Shown: positions 17,023 to 28,987 of the stretch, in pieces | How the letters are laid out: each line of letters opens with the position of its first letter | How positions within the stretch are numbered: position 1 is the stretch's first letter | From: Lingula anatina | Lineage: Eukaryota > Animalia > Brachiopoda | Assembly: GCA_051362555.1 (NCBI GenBank) | Contig: CM120643.1 | Span: 28,090,848-28,154,847, forward strand | Length of the DNA stretch: 64,000 bases | Direction of reading: 5' to 3' | The notes under the pieces: generated by a model | The model's database searches: none | The model's input: only the letters and a program-made list of their open reading frames with translations | Told to the model about the DNA's origin: nothing | Translations under genes and position numbers: made by a program

Positions 17023-20000
17023 CTTGTCTAAAATAAATAAGAAAAAAAGAATTATGAAAAATGTATGTCACAATAAGCCTAGATTGATCAAATCTATTAT
17101 AACAGGTCTCATAATTAAAAAAGGATGTACATTTTCAGTCCCCATTTACTATAGATTACTAAGTAGCATTGTATTCAAAGCAGAGAGATTCTCATTTCAT
17201 TCTATAGCACCTACATAAACAAACTGATTTCTATCTAAGCAAAGAACGGTGGTCCTTCAATTGAAATGCATACTAGTAAGGGTGGAACTTCAAATTCAAA
17301 GTGTCCTTGACACATCTGGTCTTTCAAATTTTCATGGATAATTACAGTGCAGCAGAATGGCTGTTTGGTTCTTTTATGGAAACTACACACCTGAGAGATA
17401 ATTAACTGTCTAAGCAGACCAACATATTACACACTGATTCTTATCTGAGAGGTCTTTCATTTCGATTTGTTAAACCTCTAAGCCCTGTGGTTCATCAGAA
17501 TGAAACAATGAAAGAATTAAATGCAAATTATTAAAACTTAACAAAGACAAAAAAAAAAAAAAAGAAACCCCATGTTCAGTTGCATATATTATTCCTTTTT
17601 TCAATTATTTGTTCTTCTTGAAAAGTAATCATTATACTCTGATCCTCGGTTTTCAGGATTTTCAGCTAACATAATTAGTGAAGTCATTTGTGCATTGATT
17701 ATTTAACACCCCCCTCCCCAATCCGACATTCTTAATAGTAAAAATGTATTTCTGCCTAAGCATGCTGTGGAATGGACATTTAAGAATAAAACCCTAGATG
17801 TCACTCAAATCATGTAATTCACAGGCTCTTAAACTCTAATTAGTGCCTGAATACCTTTAAATTTCTTCTGCTAGTTTGTGCAATGATAGTCTTCTTATAG
17901 CAATACATGTATATATTCCTAATGTCTGTGGCATTGGCTTGTTCGAATAGAATTGCACTGTAAAATTATCAGGTAAATGTTGATAGAATAGTCCTCAATG
18001 CTTGAAAATGATATTTTCCTTGGCACTTGTTATTATTTTCTGAATCTTTTAAGTAGTTTTTTTCTTTCTTTTTTTTCACTATTGACCTAATAACCTTCAA
18101 ATTTTTGCAATGTATCAAACTTATTTTTTAAGAGACACCTGCCAGATTCCCCCACCATCCCCCCATTCAAGTCTCTGACATGCTCATCTTGCAAGATGCT
18201 AAGAGAAAGGAAGAAACCTGTTCACACCTGACTGTTAATAACTGATCTGTATCTAGGTAAAGATCATGGACCTTTAAATTCCTACTTGCTAATTAGAGAA
18301 GCATTTAACGACAAACAAGTATCTATCCCTTAAGGCACAAACTGTCTTTCAACAAGCTTAGCTGAACAATTCCACTTTTAAGAGTAATCACAGCTCAGCA
18401 AAGCTTAATGTGACTACAACTCAATTTTAAATTCTATATTATCTGACGGATATTTTAGGACTACCTAAGCTATTTAGCTTCACTGGATTATAATGGATTC
18501 AATTAATAGCATTTCACCTCCTGACAAATAACCCAAATGACTGTAGAAAGGGTTCTAATAATGGAAAATTGCATTTTGTTATGCATATACCTAGAGACAT
18601 CAAAATTTTATCAATTTTAGGATGCATATGAGGTAAATTTTTTGCCACAAAAGCTCACCAATTGTCTGTAAAAATTTTAAATAGTACTAAGATAATTACC
18701 ACAAGACATCATTTAATACTGCCCGAAAAATGATATTTGAACAATATTTTCTGCTAGCTTGCTATGCCGATATAATCCAGGCAGATAAGTAAGTAAGATA
18801 TGTACTTTATGTTAAATTTTCAGCCAAAATTTAAAATAAGGAGCAGTTAAAAGCTCCTTTATGCTGATCAAGTGATTTTTCATTTTCATGTCCAATAAAT
18901 TATTCTAGTTGTATAAGAAACTAGTAGAAGTAGTTAATAAGCATTACTGAGAATCCATGTTTCACCACGCTCAATTCATATGTACCTTTAACTATGGTAA
19001 TATACACAGAAAAGTACAGCTAATTTTATTAGATTTTGTTAAACTAGAATAACCTAAATAGGGAATAAAAGTAGAAAAGGGTAATAGCCCAAGAACATGT
19101 GATTTATACACAGTTAAGTATCAAACTGCCATGTCTTAAGAAACACTTAAGGGAATTCTCCTTCCAAAGTCTTAGTTGACAATCACTCTTATATTAAGGA
19201 GACAATTTTCAATTGGCCGACAACTATCTGAAATGCCCAGCCCACATGATGTGCTGCTAGCAAGGAAGAGCCCTGTTCACACCTGACTGTTAATTACTAT
19301 AGTACTGATCTGTATCAAAGTAAAGATTCGGGGACTTTTGCAAAGTGAATAATTATTTGTTGTTTATGACAAGCAAGTTCCCATCTCCTAAGACTCAAAT
19401 TGTCTTTTAATAAGCTTTCCTAAACAATTCCACTTTGAAGAATACAGCACAGCAGAGTCTAATCTGACTGTAACTCAAAAATTGAATGTAACCTAATATA
19501 TAAGTACATTTGGGCTATCTAACTTTACTGGATTGTTATAGACTTGATTTAAAATGTCATCATTATCTGACACAAAGCTAAAATGTAAGCAGAAAAGATG
19601 CTTTTAATGTAAAAATGCATTTTATATGGCATTTATCAGTTTTAAGACATTAAAATTATTTAAATTTTATCAATGTCAATTCCTAAAAAATACACAAACC
19701 AAATGCTCCTTTTAATAAAACAATTAAAGATAATATAAATCTGATGGTAACTTAATAATGGAAAGAAAAAAGTAATATTTGCTAACACTCACTATTAAAA
19801 CAATGTATCAAACTGTTTCATGCTGTTTTTTCTGAAGAGACACCTGAGAGACCTCCTACATTCAAGTCTCTGTTGACACCCACTCAAATATTGAGATGAT
19901 AATTTTCAATCATCTGATAACTATCTTGCTAGATAAGCTAGTATAGACCTTTTTCATCTTTTCCGGAAATACGAAGTGCGCACGACAGGAACCGCGCGCC

Positions 20001-20659
20001 ACAGGGGTCATGATGGTCCTCTGCTGTTTCCAGCATGGCAATGCTAGGTGTAGATGATATACAAGGTGTGCATATAAAAAGGTCGTTTGCAGCTTGCACT
20101 GCTTTCTGTCAAACTAAAAAGGTGGCTGAAGCACAGAAATGCGGAAACTGTAGGCAAGAAAACAGCTACTTGGACGGAGAATCAATCAATTAAATGTTTT
20201 TTCTCAGTTTAAATACGATGCGCTGTACAACTAGACTTCACCTAAGAGTCCGAGCCTTGGCTGCACTTTCAATAGTGATGACAAACTAAAGCCTCCGATA
20301 ATAAAGATATGCAAAAGAGACTCGTTATTTTTTATATATATTAAATCAAAACAGCCAGTAGACTCGTACACAGCTTTCAAGAGTGTGGACAGGTGCGTAG
20401 GCCTACGTCTTCACAATATTACCTGTATATATGCAAGCTGTGGCGATATCACCTCATTTACCGGCAGTATCAATTCATTGCGATTTTTATGTCTTGTTTG
20501 AAGGGTGTCTTAAGAGATTTTTGAAATGATAAAATGAAAAGATTCCCTGCATTGTTTAACTCGTACCTAAAAGTGACACGCAGATTGTTCGTCGGTGAAC
20601 TGATTAAATCGTTTGGTACCTGATAAGGCATATCAGGTGTTACTTGTTCAATTGTTCAG

Positions 20660-20661
<2 letters not shown>

Positions 20662-20735
<74 letters not shown>
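20662..20735. repeat. Poly(G) run, 74 nt
   Basis: Read directly. Confidence 0.95.
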
Positions 20736-20739
<4 letters not shown>

Positions 20740-21436
20740 ACTACGACCTTTCCTCTGTAATTAAAACCTTCTAATTTATAAGTGTTAAACAGGTGAGACA
20801 GGAATTCTCGAATCTTTCCCAGACGATAATTAAAGTTTACCGTGTCTTACTCTAGTATATGCACAAAATTTACGACAGGTAAAAAATGTCAGACTTTCGG
20901 TCTGACAAGAATGAACATTTTCTCAAACTGAAACAAAACCGTCAGGCAAAAACAAAATCATAGCAACAGACCAAATTATTTGATTTTAAATGTTTTCATG
21001 CGTATTTTCATCGTTTTCAATCAAAGACAATAAAATCATTCAAATAAAGTGTTTTCCACACATTTCATACTTTTTAACTATCTAAGACAGAGTTAAATAT
21101 ACGTAGGCCTACTTTAATTCTAAGCATATTTGCATTACTTTAAAAATACTGTACGTTAATTGTTTTATTATTTTTATTATCCATTTTGTCTTTACCATAC
21201 ATGTATTATGCACGTGTAGCTTACAGAAAGGCTTCTCTGCATTAAGAATATATGCCCATTGAATTTTCCAATTCTTTTGTCATTGAGTTCAGAAATAAAT
21301 AACTTTTTATTTTGCCGGTAACGCGTTCAACAAGGGCCGATGTACATTATTCTTCGTATGTCTCTGTTGATCTTGATAATATGAGCCCCATTTGTACAAA
21401 TCAGTAATACGTACAGGGTGTACGGGACTGGATACA

Positions 21437-22410
21437 TAATAATAAAAATTTTATTAACGTCTCACGTTAAAAAAAAAAAAAAATAGAACCCACCCTACTA
21501 AGGGTTATTAGAGACTAAAACCTGTGTTAGGCCTACATTTAAAATGATCACTTATCAATAAAACACACACAAAAAGGATATTACATACAAAACTTTTCAA
21601 ACCTTCTCTTTGTTGTTACACAAAAAGTCGTGAAAGTTCTTGAATTTTTTGTAAGTAGAATCCCCGTGTAAAACCTCACAGCTTTTACTTTCTTTTTCCA
21701 TAATCTCATACTTAAAGTCTTTTCTTTCTTTTTAGGCCCCTATTCTTCAATTTTTTCTTCAGAACTTTGTTTTTATCGCATTGTTTACCCCCGAGTTCTA
21801 GTTCGTTATATCCGTTGATTAACTAAGCATTTCTGTTTTTATTAAAGCACCGTTGATCTCCTAATATTATAATTTTTCTTCCCGCCTTCTCGCCTTCGAA
21901 ATGTTCAGCGAAAACGCGGTGCCCTGCTTTTGATCCAAACCTGCTATATTTTCCTTTCTTTCTACCATATTTTTCATTCTAACGGGTTTGTTGGGAACTT
22001 ATTATACCTCATGTGTCAATCTCGCTTACTGTTATTGTAGCAGCGGGACAAAAAGCACGTAAACTCAGCCATGGTTTTTAGCACCGCTGTAAGTGTTTCG
22101 ACATAGCAGGGCTCCCGTACCCACAATGCAATTTCCATTTCCGGAAAAGATGAAAAAGGTCTATACGTACCTTTCACTGCACATGGTTTGCTAGTACTGC
22201 TGGGATTCATCTTCCGCGAAATAAAGACACGCGCAGCCTTGACGACTTTTCAACAATTCCACCCCAGTAAACATTAGTTGGTCTGGATGCAGGAGCAGAT
22301 GTGTAGTGGTGTTGGCAGAATCTATCTTTTCTAATAGTTAGATCAAATTTAAGATTCTTGGTCCACGGGGGAGCTCTCATGAACAGCGATTATCTGACAA
22401 CCGGAAATGG
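21437..22410 (-). mobile_element. Possible internally deleted non-LTR retroelement (Tx1/L1-like)
   Basis: GC-richer 5' leader, a short ORF 22016-22210, degraded coding-like sequence and a simple-repeat tail near 21437. No TSD found. Confidence 0.3.
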
Positions 22411-22727
22411 TCAGTGAAAACGATCAATCGTTGGTTGATGCGCGATCTGATGCATCACGGGAAATTTTGAAGAAGAAGACGGTTTGAGATTTACCGGCAG
22501 CTGATTTTAAGTTGGTGTAACCAGTTAGAAATTATGATGCGCTGATTGCAAAGCCAGGTGAGTGCAAAGATTAATCAGAACGTTTGATTCAAGATCGTAA
22601 TTTACTACACTAAGAGAATTCTCATCATGCCTGCTAGTAGAAAGTAGAAAGTAAACTCGATTCTAAATACAGTACTAGTATGGTACGTGTTGGGTAGGCC
22701 ATCTCTCTCTCTCTCTCTCTCTCTTCT

Positions 22728-22766
<39 letters not shown>

Positions 22767-23050
22767 CGGTACAATCAGTGTGCTAACTCCATTCTTTTTA
22801 AATTATAGAGACGTGGATTACTATTGTTTTTGACAAGGATGGAGTTGTATCAGTGGAAGACGTTTCGAAGTTTGAGAGGGAAGAAGAGTTAGAAAGGGAA
22901 GTCCCTGCTGTTGGAGAGACACTCATGGCTCCTTGGAATGGTTGCATGTATTCGGCAAAAGTGATTTACATTTAGTGGTAAGTGTATTCTCAATTAGTAT
23001 AGTTTGCTTAGGTGAAATAAATTCAAAGGGCAGAAGGGTTCATACAGCAC

Positions 23051-25401
23051 TTAAGGTACATATTAACAGAGCATCGCTGTAACATGGATTTCCAGTAACA
23101 CATATAAACTACTTCTACAAATTTCTTAATTACTCAAATAAATTTAGCATGACAAGAAGGGGTAAACTGAATAAGTCACCAGATTGGTCATTAAAGAGCT
23201 TTAGACTGCTCCTTTCTTTAAATTTTTGTCCAGAAATTTAGCCTATTTTCATGACCGATTTTTTTTTTGCCCATTGATATACAGCATAGAGTGCTAGCAG
23301 AAAAATCTGTTCAAATATTTTTTCTTTCTGGAGGGGGGGGGGGGGGGGTAAATTAAACTATGCCTTTTGGTAATCCTCTAAGTTATACTAGGGGCATTCC
23401 GTGGTATTCGTTTTGCATTACGGACGGAATTTTGACACTTTAAAAATAAATTCTACAAGAACTATAATACATAAATTGTTCAAATTTGGCAGGAATATTG
23501 ATTAGTGCAAGCCTAAACTTCTGACCAAAAAACTTGAAATAACATCTATTAGTTTTTGAGAAATATTGGTTATTGATCACCATTACGGACGGAAAAAAAT
23601 GGACAAGAACTTTTATTAATCAACTTCAACTTCAAAACTCTGCTCTGTTTGTGGCTTTTTAAAGATAAAACTGCATTGGCATGACAATTTCATTATTCTA
23701 GTTACTAGAAATGTAAAGGGTTATTAAAAAAATTTTTTTTTGTTAGGAAATTTTTGAAGTTTAAAAAATCATGTCAGATTACGGACGGAAAATTACGGAC
23801 GGAAAATTTGTCCACAGTGCAAAACTTACACAGAAGCCATTAAAAAAGTACAATTAATTATTTATTCATGGTAAAATTTAACTTTTTACTAAATATGTAC
23901 ATAATAGGAAGTTATTTTTGATGTCAACTCAAATATTTTTGTGAGCTATTTCAAATTAAAAAAATCAACTACAGTCTACACTTTCATGAAGAAGAGATCC
24001 CTTGTGTTCTAATATTGTCATTGTTTAAAATTCTGTGTTGAATTCTAATTCAGAATAGCTACATTTAAAAGTTCCTTTTTTTTTCATGCTAAAGTTTAAA
24101 CACTGTTTTTATTCTGACACATTAAGTCCAACAGAGAATTTGTATCTCTTGCATTGGTCCATCACAGGGAATGGTACAGGTTTGATCATTTGGTCACTGG
24201 AAATCCATGCTCTGTCTTCTTGAGAAGGAAAGGCAAATAGTTTTTTTACTTGTCCTTTGCTCAGAGAAAAGTTACTTCTATATCACCACCTTCTATGAAT
24301 ATAATTTGACCTAAATAAATGTTCTGAGGATATAGGATAATTTCAGGTAAGTGGCATGGTGCTAGAACAAAGGCCTGGCCTCTAGTCATCTTTGATTAAC
24401 TGTGGTCAGCAATTATCTTACTGCTCATCTCCCAGGTATATACAACTTGTATATGACAGGTAAGTGATCAAAAGCACATTTTATCTTCAAATTGCAATCA
24501 AAGTAACTGAAAATATCCAGGAGAAGCCATGATCATAAGTGATCCTTAAGGTGCAATTTAAATGCCACTAATTGGCAAGTGAGACAGACGTTGAAAAGTC
24601 TTGCCAGGTAAGAAAAAGCACTTTTTGACTTTAAATCCTGCATTTTTGAATAATCTTTTTTTTTTAAATAAATCTTTATAAGGGAAACAGTTCTTCTTTA
24701 GTTTTGAAATTCATAAATCAATTACTTGAGTATGCCACATGAAACCAATCAGTAGAAATGTTAAAGCCAGGTAGCTATGCCTTTCCGTCCGTAATGCTAA
24801 TTTTCCGTCCGTAATGATTTTTTATTATGAAATTAATTTGTCTTCAAATATGTTAAAAAAATTTTTTTTGGGATATTTGGTAAACATAGGACTAGTATGA
24901 GGAGAATATGAAAGGAATTTTTTTTCTGTCAAGTAGTCTTTAAAAAAACTTAAAAAATAGAGCCCAAATCATTACGGACGGAAAAAATGACTTTGGATTA
25001 ATGATTAATTAACTATTTTTTAAAGATTTCACTTGATTTTTTATGTGTTTACCCCAAGGACTTGCTGTAATTTATGTCTCAATTGAAAGATATTGATTAA
25101 AATTTATTTTGAGTGTTATATGCAAAAAATAAAAAATTCCGTCCGTAATGCTAATTTTCACATTTTTCAAGTTTAATGCGCTATAAAATCATGAATTCAA
25201 AAAATACAGATAAATCTTGTACAAATTATTATCCCCTGAAGTCTCTTCTTTCAGAAAATGCAACTTTTGATTGATTTTTGTACATTTGAAAATTTTATGC
25301 CCAGGACACAAATACCACGGAATGACCCACTACTTGAAACTATATGCTGGCATTTTGTTGGCTTATGTGCATGGCCAAAATTAATTCATATGCACCTTTA
25401 A
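23051..25401. mobile_element. TTAA-flanked Kolobok-like MITE split by a Sola2-like insertion
   Basis: ttaaGGTACATAT...ATATGCACCTttaa termini; a related inverted copy ends near 18990. Confidence 0.55.
23391..25328. mobile_element. Sola2-like non-autonomous DNA transposon, 1.94 kb
   Basis: TIR GGGGCATTCCGTGGTATT / AATACCACGGAATGACCC with 4-bp TSD ACTA. Repeated subterminal motif ATTACGGACGGAA in both orientations. Minus-strand coding remnant ~24120-24335 (YLGQIIFIEGGDIEVTFL / LFAFPSQEDRAWI). Superfamily inferred from GRG termini plus the 4-bp TSD. Confidence 0.75.
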
Positions 25402-26227
25402 ACTTAGCCCCTTGAAATTACTTTTAATCTTGAAAAAAACTTGCACATTCAATCATTTCTGCCACAGGAAAAATATAATTTTAATAGTCTTGGTGGTTTT
25501 AAAAGTCAGTTTTGGTCATTTCCACAGAAAGGAGAAATATCAAAGTGCAAATACATGTGTTTTAAAAGAATGCTTTGAAAGCTATTCTCCTTTTATTTTA
25601 GATGACAGAAATGCATGTCAGAAGGAAAAGAAGGCATATGTGAAAGGTGAGTAAATGTATTTTCAGTGAGTGTCAAAGACTTCTGAACAAATCTAAGAAT
25701 TAAAGTGTATCACCCTCATACTGACTTACCTCTTCTTTGTGAAACTAATATGTCTGATAATTCTATAATTATTGTTGGGTTTTTAATAGTAACACAGAAG
25801 CCAAAATGTTTCAGTGTTGCCTTGCTTCTGAATAACAGGAACACCACTTTTTTTTAGTTCAAACAACCACGCAACCTATGATGAACTGTTTATATATATA
25901 AATATATATTCTTAATGCTACACTTTTTTAGTAGAATAACATTTTATGTTTTAACTTTTTTAGATAAAAAGGACAACCAGAGCAATGGTAGTAGTGTAAG
26001 TATATTGTTAATTGACCCACAATTGCTGTTGCATATCTTTTCCACTAAATGCTGAAAAAATTGTAATTTCCTCTTTCAAATAATAAGTACATTTTACACA
26101 CTTTCAGATTTAATATGTGTACAGCTTTCCCTATGCTATTCAAGGAAAAAATCAGAGCCAGCTTGTAATGCAGCAGTTGAAGAAAGTGTTTCAGTGCCTC
26201 GTGCATCATCTGTTCCCCCTCTTACTC

Positions 26228-26646
26228 CCACCATCTCCAACTCTGTGCCCTCTATATATCTCCCCACACCATCTCCAACCCTGTGCCCTCCATATCTCCC
26301 TACACCCATACCATATCCAACCCTGTGCCCTTCATTCCCCCCCCCCCCACCCCACACCCATACCATCTCCAACCCTGTGCCCTCCATATCTCCCCACACC
26401 CATACCATATCCATCCCTGTGCCCTCCATATCTCCCAACACCCATACCATATCCAACCCTGTGCCCTCCATATCTCCCCACACCCATACCATATCCAACC
26501 CTGTGCCCTCCATATCTCCCAACACCCATACCATATCCAACCCTGTGCCCTCCATATCTCCCCACACCCATACCATATCCAACCCTGTGCCCTTCATTCC
26601 CCCCCACCCCACACCCATACCATATCCAACCCTGTGCCCTCCATAT
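26228..26646. repeat. 42-bp C-rich minisatellite (about 10 units)
   Basis: Unit ccatatccaaccctgtgccctccatatctccccacacccata; it explains the stacked repetitive ORFs. Confidence 0.9.
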
Positions 26647-26900
26647 ACATGACCCCCCCTGTCTGTCTCATTTAGTTTTTTAAATGAAGTTGTGCTTTCT
26701 TTATTTATTGTTTAAATTCTCTTTCTTTCAGTGTATGGTATTAACAACTTGAAAATGGCTGGGCCAGCAATTAACCACACTATGAATGCAGAAATTCACA
26801 CTGCAAAGAGGGCCTTAAAAAGGTAGGAAAAGTATTTTTAACTATGATTAGATTAACCATACCTGCTAAATTTATTTTTGTTTTAGTTAACAACATAAAT

Positions 26901-26935
<35 letters not shown>

Positions 26936-28987
26936 ATTTATTAAGGAAATCTACTAGAAGCTTACTTGACAAACTACCTGTGAATGCAACAAATTTTACA
27001 AGAAATGTCAAGTTTTATTTTTCTTGTCTTTCAGATGTGATATGGTGCTTGTATCACAGGCGAAATTTGGTCTGACTTCTCTAGCGGGTGAAACAACAGC
27101 GGTGATATGTTTTCCAGAGATCAACTACAACCTGCCTGATCTCTATGTTTATTTCTCTGGCTGACAGATTTGGAGTCTCCTAGGACAGCAGGGACAATCT
27201 AGCTATCGGTTCAACTGACCAAACTCACTCTGAGCTCTCATACTAAGTTCTACTCCTTATATACTCATACACACAAAATACATTACAGTGAATCATTAAC
27301 AAGATTGAGATATTGAAGCCAGTTAACAGAATTAAGACATATTACTAAGGACCCAATAATTAAACTCGGACTACTTTAAAATTAGAGATGTAAATAAAGT
27401 TGTTGAATCCTCTTAAAAATTAAAGCATCCTTTATAGCTTGGTTACTGTTCTTTCCAATGAATAAAATGCATAAGCAGATTCACGTTGTATCATTATATC
27501 AGAGACATCTGAACAATCTTTACCAAATGTTGATTTGATTTGATTTAAATGTGCAAGTTTCTAAAATAAAATATTGAAAAATGTTTATGGTGTTTCTTAC
27601 TGATATTCTGTGTGTGGTATTTTTTCATTCATTTGATAATTGTCTGTATGTGTTCTGCCAGCTGTACTATATGGCTAAAATACAGTAATAAAATTTTGCT
27701 ACTCCATGATTTCAAATATGGCATACATGATTGAGATTTAATTTAAAAAAAAAAAGAACTGGCACAAATAAGAGCATAATCACTGGGTTAAATATCAGTT
27801 GTCAGTCTACTGCAAAAGTGGTACTGGAGAAGAATGTTTTTTTTGATTTGCTTTTTTGAGCTTTCTGGAAATTCGCGAGAACATTTCTGGAGGGTTTGCA
27901 GCAAATTTGCAAGAATGATTTTTTAAGAGTTTGCAGAGCATTCGCAAGAACAGTTCTGGAGGGTTTGCAGCAAATTTGCAAGAACTTCTAGTGAATTTGC
28001 CGAAAATTCGCAAGAACAGTTCTGGAGAGTTTGCAGCAAATTCGCAAGAACAGAAGTGGAGAGTTTGCAGCAAATTCGCATGAATGGTTCTTGAGAGTTT
28101 GCAGCAAATTTGCAAGAAACCTGTGACAGATTCCCTTTTGTCATGCTGATTAAGTTTGTGGGGAGTTTGCAGCAAATTTGCAAGAGACCTAATTTACATG
28201 GTAAATTTCCTCTTGCAAATTTGCTGCAAATTTGCAGCAACTGTTTGCAAGAAGCCTTAAATTTTGCTAAGGGAAGTGGAATGTCTGAATGTTTTCAATT
28301 AGGAAAATCTCTTCCATAATGGGGACCTGTAACAAAATCGTTAACACACCATTCAGCGGAAGCCAAGGCATTTTAATGAATAAAGTGTGTATGAACTTTT
28401 GGAACCTCATTTAGGAAAATGAGTCATGATTTCGCCATAAATGCCACAGCCTGTCCTTGGCTCTTCTTTAGTAGTGCCTTGTGTCTAGAGATGTGGTATT
28501 AAGGGGGGGGGGGGGGGGGGGGGGGGGGCTGCACTCAAATTGGGCTAAAATCACGTTTTATAGATGAAAACAATAGTAAGTCTTTAAAGAAAAATCCCCA
28601 AACCCCTCTTGTAGTACGTTGTTCAAGTGTTATTTTACCATTAAAAGCATGTTTATAGCTGTCCAGGTGCCTGAGTAAATAAGAAAACCAAAACTGAAAA
28701 TGATGTTTTTGCCCCCAAAATCCCAATATTACGTCACACGAATTGGAGCTGGCTGAGGTTGAAGGATTGCATCAAAGATTGAAGGATTGCAGTATTGAAT
28801 CAAAGCTGAAGAAAACGCTATTTGGACACTGCCGATAATGATCATTAAAAGAAAACCATCATACTTATGATGCTCAAACTTACAGAAAAGAAGTATAGGG
28901 CTACAATATAGAGCCTGAGTTGAAAAACCAGTTTGACTGCATTCTCTTCTTGAAGCAGTGCAGTTTTTTTATGAAAAAATTATTTAT

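Larger units (their letters stand above)
22809..27060 (+). pseudogene. Multi-exon accessory gene remnant inside the EnSpm-like element (possibly BEN-domain type)
   Basis: Phase-compatible GT-AG exons: 22809-22977 (TWITIVFDKDGVV...VPAVGETLMAPWNGCMYSAKVIYI, with a +1 frameshift), 25602-25646 (DDRNACQKEKKAYVK), 25964-25995, 26125 onward (Pro/Ser/Thr-rich), 26732-26822 (YGINNLKMAGPAINHTMNAEIHTAKRALK), 27035 onward. Upstream donor GTGAGT at 22558. Confidence 0.55.
12671..28273. mobile_element. 15.6-kb EnSpm/CACTA (CMC)-like DNA transposon, decayed, with nested insertions
   Basis: Perfect 13-bp TIR CCCTTAGCAAAAT / ATTTTGCTAAGGG, with AA on both flanks. Both ends have subterminal arrays of GCAAATTTGC and TTTGCAAGAA motifs. 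The flanks catcttaaccaa and aagtggaatgtc are contiguous at the paralogous empty site (~55264-55286). Confidence 0.85.

Noticed and set aside
26117-26683. Gly-rich or His/Pro-rich structural protein ORFs on both strands
   Set aside because: They arise from a 42-bp minisatellite that is open in most frames.
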